Under the pieces are notes generated by a model, which ran no database searches, was not told the origin of the DNA, and was given only the letters and a program-made list of their open reading frames with translations. Position numbers and translations under genes: made by a program. From Azolla caroliniana (lineage: Eukaryota > Plantae > Polypodiophyta): a DNA stretch of 64,000 bases. Where the stretch lies: NCBI GenBank assembly GCA_043228905.1, contig JBHGNT010000004.1, positions 15,004,001 through 15,068,000 on the forward strand. The letters are read 5' to 3'. Positions 45,667-59,738 of the stretch are shown piece by piece; the first letter of the stretch is position 1, and every line of letters begins with the position of its first letter.

Positions 45667-48600
45667 TGTTGGGAACTCGACTTCCCTTATGTCCGACGCT
45701 CGGCCACAACCGAGATTCTTTACATACACAGAAAAACAAGTAATAAAAAAAAACGCGACACAAAAGAGGAGAAATGGTACACAGGAGGTAAACGTGGAAA
45801 ACCCCACAATAGGGGGAAAAACCACGGTAGCCCACAAGCTGCAAACTGTCACTATGCAGAAATATACAACAGTGAGATCACTGAGGCAACGACCTCGTGC
45901 TCACAGATCTTCGCCACAGGCGGCGGTTACAACAGAGGCAACGACCTCGTCTCTCTCTCTCTCTCTCTTTATACAGTTACGCGCTTTGATTTCTTCTTGC
46001 ACCAACAAGAAAGAATAACAACAAGAATGACAACACTGAAAGAAGTTTGCCCTAAGTCATATTTATACTAATATGACTTTTCGGCTATTTACAAATGTAG
46101 CCTCGATGGGCTCCATCCGACTCTCCGCAATCGGGTACTCCTCATCCGGTTCATACCGGGCCTGCACCATCCGACTCTCCGCAGTCGGGTACTCCTCATC
46201 CGGTTCATACTGGTTCGGCCTCGGCCTGTCGGCCTTGGCCGAGTTTGTTCGTCGGCACTGTTCTTCCCATCCGGAGGGACCTGTTTCCCAACAAACTCCC
46301 CCTTCACTCCGGCATGGGGTGTCTTCTCAGCCCGATCCTCTTCCAGCATGCGTCCAGCTTGTCGGGTGTCAGCACTTTGGTCAGCATATCTGACCCGTTC
46401 TCGGCCGTGTGGATCTTCGTCAGTGCGAACTCCTGGTCATCTACCCTTTCCCGGATCCAGTGATACCTTCGCTGGATATGCTTCGTCCGGGAATGGTAGG
46501 CCGCATTTTTAGCAAGGTGGATGGCACTTTGACTGTCGCAGTAGAGTCGGTATTCCTCTTGCCGGATACCGAGCTCTCCGATGAAGTCCTTCATCCATAA
46601 TATTTCCTTGCCGGCTTCTACAGCCGCCATGTACTCCGCCTCTGTGGTTGACAATGCAACCGTCTTCTGCAGCCTCGACTGCCACGAGACAGCTCCCCCT
46701 GCATATGTCATCACATATCCGGATGTAGACCGGCTGGTATCCACATCAGCCGACATGTCCGAATCGGTGAAGCCGTCCAGTTGAGGTTTTCCGGAGCCGA
46801 ATCGGAGACACATATTTGAAGTGATCTTCAAATACCGGAGTATCCATTTGACCGCGTTCCAATGCTGCTTGCCGGGATTACTCATGAACCGGCTCACCAC
46901 TCCGACTGCGTATCCAATGTCCGGTCGGGTACAAACCATTGCGTACATCAAGCTCCCGACGGCAGAGGCATATGGAATCTTCATCATATCTGCCTTCTCT
47001 TCTTTTGTCTTCGGGCTTTGCTTTCCGGACAACTTGCAGTTTGCCGGTAGTGTCGATCCGACCGGTTTTGCATCTGACATGTTGAACCGGTGAAGCACCT
47101 TTGTCACATACTTCTCCTGTGACAGCCATAGTTGCTTCACTGACCAGTCCCGAATGATGTGCATCCCCAACATCTGTCTTGTCGGACCCAAGTCCTTCAT
47201 TGAGAAGGTCCGGTTGAGAGCCTTCTTCAGCATCCGTATTTTGCCTTGGTCTCATCCGACGATCAACATGTCATCCACGTACAGGAGGAGTATCAGGAAG
47301 TCCCCTCCTTCGAACTTCTTCACAAACACGCAGTGATCGGCCTGCGTCTTATGGTACCCTTGATCGGTCATGAAGGAGTCGAACTTCCGATACCATTGCC
47401 GGGGAGCCTGCTTCAGCCCGTACATGCTCTTCTTCAACCGGCATACCAGGTGCTCCTTCCCTTTCTCCACAAATCCTTCCGGTTGCTGCATGTAGATTTC
47501 CTCTTCGAGGTTGCCGTGAAGGAATGTCGTCTTCACGTCCAGCTGCTCTACCTCGAGATCCATGCTTGCTGCTATACTCAGCACCGTCCGGATGGAGGTC
47601 ATCTTTACTACCGGGGCGAATATTTCGTCGAAGTGCACGCCCTTCTTCTGCTGGAACCCCTTCACCACGATCCTGGCTTTGTATCTCGGGGGGTTGCCGG
47701 CATCTCCTGATTTCAACTTGAATACCCACTTGTTTCGGAGTGCCCGCTTTCCTTTCGGCAGCTCCACCAATTCGTACGTATGGTTCTCATGCAGGGAATC
47801 CATCTCATCCTGCATGGCACTTAACCATTTTCGGTTGTGGGTGTCTTCCTTCGCTTCTTCGAAGCTTTCCGGCTCCCCCTCATCGGTTAGCAGGACATGC
47901 TCTGCATCCGGATATCTCCGAGGCGCCCTTCTCTCTCTGAGAGGATATCTACATCTTCGGGCTTCGGTAATCGATTCCTCCATTTGCTCTTCATCCGAAT
48001 CCGATTCGGGATCTTGACCGGTTCCGGTCTCAACTTCATCTATTTCTCCTTCTGCCGGTTCGGTATCCTCACCGTAACCGGCTGGTTCCTCGAGTGCTAA
48101 CCGGTCTCTTGCCGGTTGGGTCTGCTCATTGTAGAGTCTATCCTTACCGGTCGACTCGGAGTTCACTATCTTCTTCTCCGACTCCCAGTCGGCGAGCGTC
48201 TTGTCCTCCATGAAGATAATATCTCGACTCCGGAATACCTTCTTGTCGACCGGGTCCCACATTCGGTAGCCGAACTCGTCGTCACCGTAACCGAGGAATA
48301 TGCATGGCCGGGTCTTTGGATCTAGCTTTCCTCTCCGGTCCTTTGCTACATGCACGTACGCGAGACACCCGAACACCCTTAGATGCCGGTAGGACACTTC
48401 CTTACCGGTCCATACTCTCTGTGGCGTGTCTCCGTCCAGGGGCACTGAGGGTGATCTGTTTATCACATATGTCGCCGTCGACAGTGCCTCAGCCCAAAAC
48501 TTCTTGGGTAGTTTTGCATGCGCTAGCATACTCCAGACCCTCTCCATTATGGTCCGGTTCATCCTCTCGGCCAGTCCGTTTAGCTCCGGCGTCTTCGGCA

Positions 48601-51025
48601 CGGTAAATTCGAGCCGGATTCCCTTCGAGCGGCAGTACTCCTCGAACTGTCCCCGGTACTCACCTCCGTTATCTGCTCGAACCGCCTTCAGCTTCCGGCC
48701 GGTTTCTCTTTCCACTCTCGCGTGGAGCTCTTTGAAAACGGATAACACCTGATCCTTCGTCTTCAGCGGTGTTGCCCACAGCTTCCGGCTGTGGTCATCT
48801 ATGAACGTCACGAAGTACTGCGCTCCATCATGTGACTTCGTGTCTACTTGACAAACATTCGTATGCACCAACTCCAGTGGTGCATTACGTCTCATCGGTG
48901 GCCATGGTCGGAAGGAGGTCCGGTTCTGTTTACCGGCCAGACAATCAGTGCACTTCTCTAAGTGCACGTTCTTCACTGGAATGAGGTTGTCGTCTCCAAG
49001 CCTCTTCATCCCCTTCTCACTCATGTGACATAGCCTCTTGTGCCACAGCTCACCGGCAGTGTCGGAAGCCACGTTCACTTCTTCCGGACATAACCGGGCA
49101 TACATCAGGTACAGTGTGTTTACCTTCCGGGCCCGAGCCACAATCAGGCTCCCTTTGCTAAAATTCATGACACCGTTCCGGATGCTACCCGTGTAGCCTT
49201 CATCATCTAGCCGACCGGCTGATATCAGGTTCAGACGTACTTCCGGAACGTGTCGGACATCTTTCAACAGCAACCTGCATCCGGTTGGTGTTGTCAACCA
49301 CACGTCTCCTATGCTGACAATTCGGCATGTTCCTTCATTCCCCATCCGGACACAGCCGTGATCACCGGTTGAGTAGGATGAGAAGCATTTTCGGTCCGGG
49401 GTAAGGTGGAACGACGCCCCGGAGTCTACCACCCAGGTCATCTCATCGCCGGCATGGTTTATCTCACTCTCCTCGGTGATGAGCATCAACTCCTCTTCAC
49501 TTGCCGCAATTGCCGTCGTTCCCTTCCGGTCCGGACCCCTCCGGTCTTTACCGTTCCGGTCTGTACCGTTTCGGTTCGGGGTTTGCTTCGAACCGGTACC
49601 GTCGGTTTCCTTGTCTTTACGGAAATGCCGACAGTTCTTTTGGAAGTGTCTCGGCTTGCTGCAATAGAAGCAAGTAGGCCTCCCCCTTGACTTTGATCGT
49701 GTCCCCGACTTCTCCCGGTTCTAGGGACTACGGTTTCTTTGTCTTCCGCGTTCCGATTCGGTAAGGAGCGCTTTGGAGTCGGAGCTCATATCTTTGTCTT
49801 TCCGACGAGCCTCCTCATCTTGCAAGCTCGACTTTACTCTTGCTAGGGATAGCCGTTTTCCTTCCGGCCCGGCGTTGCCCAAAGTGACAACTAACGTCTC
49901 CCAGCTATCCGGGAGGGAACCGAGCAGGAGTAGCGCTAGGACCTCATCGGCAAGAGGTACTTCCAATGACGTTGCCTGGTGAATCAGCCCCTGGAAGGCA
50001 TTCATATGCTCCGCCATGCTGTGGCCGTCTTGGTACCGGAGTCTTACAAGCTTCCGGAATACCGACGCCTGATTGACAGCATTTTTGTTCTAGAACATTG
50101 TGCCGATCTTCTCCCAGAGCTCATGAGCCTTACTCTCTTCATTGAAGTTGTTGTACAAGCTCATGTCGATGAAGCACTGTATGTACGCCGTTGTCTTCAT
50201 GTGCATCACCTCCCATATCGCGGCGTCGATTTTGTCCGGTCTCTTGTCCCCGAACTGAACCGGCAGCCAGAGGTCTTTAACCACGAGCATGTCCCTCATC
50301 TTCGACTTCCACACTGAATAGTTGGAGCCGGTGAGCTTGAACATGCCGCCAAACGATTCGTCCATTTTCTGTGTCGATTTCGCTCTGATACCACTTGTTG
50401 GGAACTCGACTTCCCTTATGTCCGACGCTCAGCCACAACCGAGATTCTTTACATACACAGAAAAACAAGTAATAAAAAAAAAACGCGACACAAAAGAGGA
50501 GAAATGGTACACAGGAGGTATACGTGGAAAACCCCAAAATAGGGGGAAAAACCACGGCAGCCCACAAGCTGCAAACTGTCACTATGCAGAAATATACAAC
50601 AGTGAGATCACTGAGGCAACGACCTCCTGCTCACAAATCTTCGCCACAGGCGGCGGTTACAACAGAGGCAACGACCTCGTCTCTCTCTCTCTCTCTCTCT
50701 TTATACAGTTACACGCTCTGATTTCTTCTTGCACCAACAAGAAAGAATAACAACAAGAATGACAACACTGAAAGAAGTTTGCCCTGAGTCATATTTATAC
50801 TAATATGACTTTTCGGCTATTTACAAATGTAGCCTCGATGGGCTCCATCTGACTCTCCGCAGTCGGGTACTCCTCATCCGGTTCATACCGGGCCTGCACC
50901 ATCCGACTCTCCGCAGTCGGGTACTCCTCATCCGGTTCATACCGGTTCGGCCTCGGCCTGTCGGCCTTGGCCGAGTTTGTTCGTCGGCACTGTTCTTCCC
51001 ATCCGGAGGGACCTGTTTCCCAACA
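45667..51025 (-). mobile_element. Full-length Tork/Tnt1-like Copia element
   Basis: LTRs 45667-46293 and 50396-51025, perfect TSD ACATG, PBS-Met 50382-50393, PPT GAAGGGGGAG near 46296. Single-frame gag-pol 50365-46304. Confidence 0.97.
46304..50365 (-). pseudogene. Copia gag-pol polyprotein (1354 codons) with three in-frame stops
   Basis: ORF pieces 50090-50365, 49721-50017, 47252-49489 and 46304-47233 share one frame. Stops are TAG, TAG and TGA. Confidence 0.93.
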
Positions 51026-52718
51026 ACATGTTCCTTGGCCATCCGAGCGGCGGCAACTACTTGGGCGCGCACGAGGAAATCCATTAACTCATATGTTGTG
51101 CCCAGTTGAAGTAGTGCACTGAACTCGTATGCCTCTGCGGGGAGATCTTTGTAACTGAGGACTTCCTCCTCTGATATCTACGTGGTTTGTCCATGCTCGA
51201 TCCTACCGACTTGGAGCCATGACTCCGCTGGTACCATGGTCATGGAGGTCAGGCTGGCCTCTTTTCATTTCTGATGATGGTTGCCCTCGGTTTCTGTGGT
51301 TGACTCTCGAATGATGCGGCGTCTTTTTGGCGGCTGATCCTATGCATCCGGGGCCGGTGGTGTTGGCTCTTCGGCTTGTTTTCTCTTTTGTGTTCATATG
51401 GCCGAGAGCTGCTGGCTTGTGGGTCGTGGGCTCGGTTGTGGAGAGGGCATCGATGTCCGCGGCGTTTTCTGGCATATGGTGACATCCTCAATGATGGTCT
51501 CCTCGGCCTCGTCCCATTCGACAGGGGTCGTTGTTAACACCCGTTGTTTCTGTGTTTTTGGTGGGGGTGGTGCCGAGGCGGAAGTAAGGTTCCGAACGGC
51601 CGAGGGAGGTGAAGAAGGCAAGGGGTCTTCCCATTCGTCCTGGGTTAACACCAAAATCTTCTCTCGTTAATTCCGTGGTGGTGGTGGGGAGGTAAGGATG
51701 TGACGAGGGGAAACCGAAGAAGGTGGGTAGAGAACTGTGAGGAAGTGATTAATCACAAGCAACAAGCGCTTACCGATTTGAAAAGATTCGAGCGCCGCAC
51801 GGACTCCTTCGCCGGTGATGATTCCCCAATCGATTTTGTCGCCTTCATACGCCCGGATGATGATGGCAGCTTTATTCTGTGGCATACTCGTGGGATTTGT
51901 ATGCGAAAAGGCGTATTCCATCAAAATCCGAGCCATCTCCCCAAAAGCTTTGTTTGGCCCTTCGTAAGTGCGGTAAGCTTTACCCGACATCGAATACATC
52001 CCAAAATATTCCTTGAGGATCGAGTGGGGAGGGATTTTGACCTCATGGTTTCCGCCTCGCACAAGGTCCAGAGCCGTGCGAATCATGTTGTTGGTTACTG
52101 TGTCAGGGTGGATTCTGTGTGCTATCGTTGGGGCGTCAAGGTGCGTTGGGGCGTCAATGACCTGTAAGTACGCACCCAGTCCTCGTTGTTGTGTTCAAGA
52201 ACGGGTTTCCTGCGATGCTGCAAGAGGCATGGTGGATGTGAAGGTTTGCTGACAGGAGGCGTGGGGGGAAGCAATGAGACGAGAGCGAGACTGAGAGTTG
52301 GAAGAACACTGTTGTTCTGTGCAAGGGCTACGAGGACGAGAGGGGGCCGGTTTGTAGAGGTGATGAGAACGAGAGCGAGCTTGGGAGCTTGAAGGCGGTG
52401 AAGGCAAGAACGCGTCTGTGTGAGTGGGTGCATTGTGTGTGGGGTAGTTTCTTTTATGTGACTGCCTAGGGTTTTGTGCAGGGAGAAGATCCTTGAGATT
52501 CTTGGTCGTGGCTGCCATAATAAGGTATTATGGCCACACGTCCCATGAGTGCTATGTCTAGTGTGCATGCTCCTTAAATATTCTATTTTAAAGTGAATGT
52601 GACTAGTTGGTGCGCCTAAGAAAATTCGTGATTTGGGGTGATTAGTTATGTAGTTTTAAGTAAGGCTAATTTAACTGCTAAAAACCATTCCTACTATATA
52701 CATTTGGTGGGTAGGTCA

Positions 52719-55700
52719 TTATTTTACCGAGGGGTGACATGTGGCCGCCTTCGAGGCGTCGTCCGTGAACTGGTTTGTGTCGTCGGTCTCGACGAAAGGA
52801 TTAACTAGGGTCTTCTCGTGGTAAGGTCGAAGTTGGAAGCCATTTACCCAACTCTTGACGATGTCCCCGGCAAGTGTGCCGAGTTGGAATGTATCGTTAA
52901 ACTCGTCAATTATCCCGAAGGGGCCTGTCCATCGGAATCGTAATTTCCCCGGCATAGCACTGAGTCGTGTTTGGAAGACCATCACCGGTTTGCCGATGGT
53001 AAGTGCTTTCTCCGTACCATTCCAGTGTATCGATCGATGAAGGTTTTGCGTTGTCGTTGGCATTGTTCCAAGTGAGCCATGCTGGCCACTCGATGTTCGC
53101 CGAGTTCGAGGAGTTGTTCGAGCTGAGATTGCTCTAATTGGTCCTCGGGTAGCCTTTCCTTAACTTGAACTCGGAGACTCGGAACTTGGAATTCGATCAA
53201 CATGACTGCTTCCAAACCAAAGGCCATCCGAAACGGTGTAGACTGAATGCTAGTTTTGAATGTGGTGTGATACGCCCACAATGCACTCTAGAGCTTGTCA
53301 TCCCAATCGGTGTGGTTCTCATTGACGATCTTTTTCAAGATTGTTTGCAAAATTTTATTAGTAGACTCCGCCAATCCGTTTGCTTGTGGATAGTATGGCG
53401 TACTTTTCTTATGTACGACCACGTAGTGTGTAGTGAGCTCGCGAATTATGTGGTTTATAAAATGCCCTCCTTGGTCACTAATGAGCTCAATTGGGCATCC
53501 ATATCGACACCATAGATGTTCGTATACGAATTTTGCCGTGGATGCAGCTGTGTTGTCCTGCAGTGCCTTAGCCTCGACCCATTTTGTGCAATAGTCCGTG
53601 GCCATGATGATGTATTTGTTACCAGTGCGGGCCGCAACTGGTTTGAAAGGTCCTACAAAATCTAACCCCCACTTTTGAAATTGCTCTAACGGAAGAATGG
53701 GTCGGTGCGGCATCCGAGCTTACTCGGTTGGTTGTCCCATGCGTTGACACAGATCGCATTGTCGACAGAATTCATGAGCATCTTTTTTGTTGTGGGCCAC
53801 CATAAACCACTCTGCCATATTTTTCTTGTCGTGGCCTCTCCAACATAATGTCCCCCCACGATTTCGTGATGTGCTTCCTGGAGGATTGCGGGTTTCTTGA
53901 ATTGACGGATTGCACGACGCCAGATGTCGTCCGAGCCTTTGTGGTAGAGGGTGTCGGAGACGAGACAAAAGTTTCAGCTCCTGACAGCTAGTCGTTTTCG
54001 AGCGTCGAGGGTCAAGTGGTCAAGAGGAAGACCAGTGCTGAGAAAATGGGTCATCTCTACGATCCATTGATCCTCATTTTTGTTTGGCACCGTTGCAAGA
54101 CTTAAAAGGGCGGCGTCGGGTAGATCATCGTACGTGGACTCGGCTGGTTAGCCTGACTCGAGGTGGCTCAGGTAGTCAGGTACGACGTGTTGAACGTCGG
54201 GCCGATGTTGTATCTGAAAATCAAACTCCTATAGCAGGAACATCCATCGGGCCAGGCGACCTGTGAGGGCCTGCTTATTAACCAAGTAGAGGAGGGTCGA
54301 GTGGTCAACGTGGAATGTGAAGTTCCGGCCCAAGAGGTAATGCCGGAATTTGTTGATGTTGTAGACCATACCGAGGGCCTCGCGTTCAGTTGTTGAGTAG
54401 TTCTTTTCCACGGCCGAGAGTCGATGACTAGCGTAATACACAGCATGAGCGTGTTGCCGATGGCTATATCTGATGCGTCTACGAAGACATGAAAAGGTTC
54501 CGACCAGATTGGTGGATGTACCACAGGGGCATGGGAGACCATTAACTTCAAGGCTTGGTACGCTTCGTCTTCTATTGAAGACCACTGAAATGGGAGTCTA
54601 TGCACCCCCGCGTGCAAAGGAGTCGCGAAATCGGCCAGGTGTCGTAACATCCGGCTATGCCATCTAATTTGACCCAAGAATCGGCTGAGAGCCTTAGCGG
54701 TAGAGGGCGTGGGAGCATTCAGAATGGCATGCACTTTATCCGGGTCCATGGCAATACCTTCCTGGCTGACTATGTGTCCGAGCAGGTTGCCGCTTGACAC
54801 CAAGAACGCGCATTTTGCCAGATTTAAGCTCAACCGAGCGTGTCGACATCGCTCGAGATAGAGGCGTAGCTGGGTCATATGCTTCAACCGCTGGCCATAC
54901 ACGACAAAGTCGTCAAGGAATACTTGCATGAACGTCGGGATATACTCGTTGAAAATCTCTATGATGATGTGTTGGAATGTGGTCGGTGCCATTTTTAATC
55001 CGAACATCATTACCTCGGCGACGAAGTCACCCCATTCCGTTACAAACACCGTTTTCTCCTGATTGTCCGGGTGCATTCTGATTTGATTATAGCCACTGAA
55101 CCCATCGAGGAAACTGTAGCATTCATGACCAGCCACCGTGTCCAGGACACTATCCGTGAACGGAAGAGGAAACCCATCCATGATTGTCGCGGCATTGAGT
55201 TTGCGGTAATCAACGCAAACGCGGATTTTCCCGTTTTTCTTGGGGACAACGACGATTGGGCTTAACCATGTGGCTCTTTTTACTGGCCATATAAAGCCTA
55301 CTCGAAGGAGTTTGTCGATTTCCTCTTTGACCTGAGCCGCGTAGTTGGGGTTCATATGGTACCGTTGTTGTTGGATCGGCCGAGTGTCCGGTAGGAGGTG
55401 TACTTGGTGTTGGTAAATTTGGGGATCCAATCCCTTCATATCAGTGTAAGACCATGTGAATACATCTTGATACTCCGTGAGCAGGCGTATCAAGACGGAC
55501 CATTCGTCAGCTGGTAAGTTATTAGCGATTTGTAGTTTACGCGGGTTCTCGTTTGAGCCGAGGTTTAGTGACTCAAGCGTTGATGCTTTGACCCGCTGGG
55601 AGATGATGAGTTCTCATTCGAACGCGTCCCCAGCTTGTCGTAGTTCTGCGATAGTTGTGGAATCGGCTTCGTCCTGCGGAAGGGAATCGGCCGTGACATC

Positions 55701-58127
55701 CTCGTCCAGTGGTGTGTCGAAACTCGACATGGCGTTTATTTTGAAGACGGGTATAATAGTGGGGTGATCTTCCATGAAGTCATCCACCTCTTCATCGGCT
55801 AAGCCGTCGTGCATGTGTACCCCTTCCGCGTTCCGCGTATAAGGGTGTAGTGTTGTGGGGCGTGGTTAGGCGTTCTTCTGTTATTACCCGTACCTTGGAC
55901 TTCCCCCGGCGGAAAGAGATCATATTCCACTGCCAATGTTGTTTAATATTTGTTGCGCGCAGCCAGGGTCGGCCAAGCAGCATTGGGTAAGCGCCCGCAG
56001 CTTCGAGGCGTAACACGACTGTCGAGATAGTGAACATGTGGCCGCCAAACATGAAACGAAGGTGGCGGATTAAACTGATGGGGCGAACCGATCGCGTATC
56101 GGCCATCCGAAGCCAAAAGGGACAAGGTTCCCATTGGTTTAGGCCGAGGTTGTGACATGTGGCCTCACTGATGACATTCACGCCGGAGCCCCCGTCGATT
56201 ATGACCCATGAAGGTTGCATCCTTTAATCATGATTTTCACGGTTGGATTATGGGAATCCATGAGGGGTGGGCACATCCCTAGCTCCGTCAGGTTAACAGG
56301 GGGTGTGACCGATTTGTCATTAGCCGTGAGCGTAGCCAAGGTATCCCGAAAGCGCGGCATGAGCGGTAAAAACTTATGTAATGGCAGCGAGATCCTATCG
56401 CTTGTAAGGGTTTCCCACATATGGTCATCTTCTGCCGTGGTGGATGGTCCTGCGGTCGGTGGTGCGCCGATGGTCACGTCCTGCATCTCTGTGTGCATCT
56501 GTGCCACGTTGCTTTTATTGGTGGTCTCAATCCAGTCCTTGGCTGCTCGTCGGACGTCATCTTGTTCTTGCCATTGGTTGGCTTGGGTCTTGCTACGTGT
56601 AGTGACGTGTTGAACGTCGGCCATAATAGTATTCACAGTCGGGGCCTTGCCGCGGTCCGTGGTTGGGCATTGGGTAGCGTAGTGGCCGGGTTGGTTACAC
56701 TTAAAGCAAGTAACGAATGCCGAGTTGATGGTGTCACCGTGCGTAGTGTGTGGGAAAAGTTGTGAGTGGTTCCCGGCCGCTTGTGTAGGCGTGTTGGCCC
56801 ATGGCGCGTTGTGTGAGACGTTTGGAGGGGGGTCCCGACGGCGATTATCATTCTGTCGTCGATTGTTCCGCGAACCGCTATAAGAGTTTCTTTGATCGTT
56901 TCGTGAATACCGTTGATCGTACCGGTCATCCCGGTCGTCGTCATACCGATCATACTCATTGTTTGCTCTATATTGGTCGTCGTGGTACTGGTCACGGCAG
57001 TCGTCTGATCTCCTGCGATTGTCATGGCGGTACCGATCGTCGTTGTGACGGTAGTCGTCGTCGCGACGGTAGCGATCCGGGGATCGTGGTCGCTCGTTTG
57101 CCCGATGTTGGTATGACTAACGTTCATCCTGTCGGGACTATGTATTGCGCAGCTCGATTTGGCGAACTAGAGCCGTCGTTGTGCGGTTGAGCATGTTGTA
57201 CTCACATTGTTCGATCGTGTTAGCTTAGGACTGACATATTGGGCAGTGTGGCCGATGAGGGCACTCAAGAGCCAGATGGCCTGAGCCTGAACAGGCCGTG
57301 CATTGGAGGGCTTGTCGGAAACGATTGTCCTCCTGAGGAAGGGAGCTTTACAAAGAGCCCATGGAGAAAACCGTGTTATGCTGTGTCCGATGACGCGTGC
57401 GATGATTTGCTCGATAGACAAGTTAGAGAAATTTGTAAGCGCGAGAGTCGTCCGTAGAGGCTCCCGTAGGCTAGACAGGACAGGTATCAGGAATGTGATG
57501 AGCAGAGACATCGTCGGCCAGTTGTTGGTAGAGATCCTGAAACCGGATCGTGAACTGGGCGACCGTCTTGCGAGGTTCTTGGCTCATGGAAAAATACTGT
57601 CGGAGTAGTTCACACTTCGGGACTTGGTGGTGAAATAATTCTAGAAACTTTGTCCGGACGTCCTAGAACGTTGTGACCTCCCCCATGTCGAGGCGGGAGT
57701 ACCATCGAGCAGTCGGGCCATGAAGGGATAAAGCAAAATCCGCGATTTTGGAGGCCTTGATTTCGGCAACCGATAACCGCTGCGTCGAGTGGTTGGCCTG
57801 CCATGTGGACACGAAAGCACGAGTGTGTGATTCCGCGTCGGGGCCGTCGGTATATCGTGGGTAAGGGTAAGGCATGGTATCGAGATCCGGGTCCTCAGGT
57901 AAAGCCGGAAAAGGGTTAGGGTCAGGTTGGGTGACCTCTTGAGGGCTCGGCAGGGAGGTCGGTGCGGAATCAACTCGCGACTGGGTATCGGGTGGCGAGG
58001 ATTGCAACCGGTGAGCCTCCGATAGTTCCTGGAACGATTGGTCAGTGACCGCCGAGTCGGAAGTTCCTTCGACTGGCTCAGGGTGTCGGGAAGGTGGCCA
58101 AGACCGCGTGATGTGATTGGGCGCCGT
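52719..58127 (-). pseudogene. gag-pol of the outer Gypsy, fragmented
   Basis: ORF pieces 57663-58007 (gag), 55792-56220 (protease), 54168-55493 (RT), 54229-54585 (RNase H), 53288-53713, 52982-53281 and 52719-53063 (integrase). Confidence 0.92.
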
Positions 58128-58180
58128 AATGGTGGCTGGGGTTTGCCTCCTACGTAGTTCCCTGTGACCTTACAGCTGTA

Positions 58181-58193
58181 ACCGGGCGTGCCA
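58181..58193 (-). promoter_or_regulatory. Primer-binding site, tRNA-Arg(UCU)-type
   Basis: Minus strand TGGCACGCCCGGT, 3 nt inside the LTR, complementary to a plant tRNA-Arg 3' end (ACCGGGCGTGCCA). Confidence 0.75.
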
Positions 58194-59064
58194 AATTGTG
58201 TTAACCGTTTTTGGGGAAACACCTTCGATGAGCCCACAGGCTACAACCCATTAGGCATAAACGTAGCTCGGTTTATGAGTACGGGGAGAATACACAGATA
58301 AAAGAATAGTAATAGCGAAACTTATATTTAATGATAAGCTCCTAGTGATTACAGTACACGGCTCTCGGCCGGAAACAGTTTGTGCAAAGCTCGGTGCTAC
58401 GATATTAATCTTGCTAGGTGTGCATATCTCGGGTTATATAGTTTTCCTCTTTAGACAGAGCCGAGTCATCGGCTGATTGTGAGGGCTAAAACTCGGTTAT
58501 TTCTAGTTTTACCTATTTCCTCACCTACTCTTCTACCTAACGGCGAGTTTACATAATATATTTATATTTCTAGCCTATGGACAACAAAAGGCAGGATCAC
58601 CATGACAATGTGCTAAATATGAGCATCGTGATAATGCATCTACTTCTCCTTGTTGCTTCCCTCGACGAAAATTAATTTTGAAATCAAAATGGATAAGGAA
58701 TTTGGCCCATTGAACGTGTCATATGTTTAATAAATAAGCACCCTAGAAATATGTGAGATTTTTGTGATTACTAAATACAATTATTTGATGAGGAGAGCCT
58801 TCCAAGGAATATCATCATTGTTTACAAGAATGGACTAAGCTAATAACTCTTTATCATGTACCTCATTGTTTATCTCAACAACATCAAATTTGTGTGAATA
58901 GAAAGCCATTATCACCTTGTTGTGACAAAATGCTACCAAGAGCAAAATCTCATGCATCTACTTCAATAATATGGTTTTTATGGAGCAATATGGACTAAAA
59001 TAGGGGCAGATTTAGATGCCTTTTTATGATTAAGAAAACACTTATTTGCCTCAATAGTCCAAAC

Positions 59065-59351
59065 TGACAGGAATATGCGGAATAATGCTCGGCCACAACC
59101 GAGACTTCAATCACTTCATTAGAATCACAAGCACAGAAGAAATGGGCAATGAAGGTAAATGCACACACACACACGCAACATGAGAAAGAGTATACAGTAT
59201 GTTTACGTGGAAAACCCTAAATGGGAAAAACCACAGGAGTCCACAAACTCCAACTATCACTATGTAAGGAGAATACAACAGGTAAACACAGAGGCAACAA
59301 CCTCTTGCTCACAATCTTTGCCTGGCGACAGTTACACCAGAGATTCGCTCA

Positions 59352-59413
<62 letters not shown>

Positions 59414-59738
59414 GTGTGTGTTACGCTCTGTACAACAGTTACACCAATAACTCTATACAACAAAAAAGACAACTCAATAATCTACAACATTCTTCACTCT
59501 GTTTGCCCTAGGTTATATTTATACTAATATGACTTTCGGGCTATTTACAAATATAGCCATAATGGGCTAACAGAAACATATTTCCATATATGTCCCTCCA
59601 TCCGCTGAGAGGTTCTCACCGGGCCTGCGTCATCCGGTTCTCACCGGATCTTCCTTGCTGGGAACTCATCATCCGATTCTCACCGGGTCTTCCTTGCCGA
59701 GTACTCATATCCCATCCGGAGGGACCGAAATCCTAATG
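59065..59738 (-). mobile_element. Solo LTR related to the Tork-like Copia LTR
   Basis: Shares GCTCGGCCACAACCGAGA, ACGTGGAAAACCC, ACAGAGGCAAC, TATTTATACTAATATGACTTT and CCCATCCGGAGGGACC with 45667-46293. Ends approximate; no clear TSD. Confidence 0.82.

Larger units (their letters stand above)
31622..52230 (-). pseudogene. Accessory 3' ORF of the outer Gypsy, in three pieces (52230-51026, 45666-45249, 33024-31622)
   Basis: Reads continuously across the Copia TSD (MAKEHV|ETKMIQRK). It has an N-terminal domain with GDKIDWGII, a Pro-rich linker, a long coiled-coil-like region (32320-32800) and a Pro/Thr-rich end. Confidence 0.75.
31211..58586 (-). mobile_element. Non-chromovirus (Athila/Tat-like, OTA) Gypsy element, ~9.8 kb once nested inserts are removed
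   Basis: 5' LTR ~58197-58586 and partial 3' LTR 31211-31488 are homologous. PBS-Arg at 58181-58193. Domain order is gag (CCHC knuckles), protease IIDGGSGVN, RT (DVFTWSYTDMKGL, CVDYRKLN, FLDDF), RNase H, integrase (KWGLDFVGP, YYPQANG, RWTGPF), then an extra 3' ORF. Confidence 0.92.
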
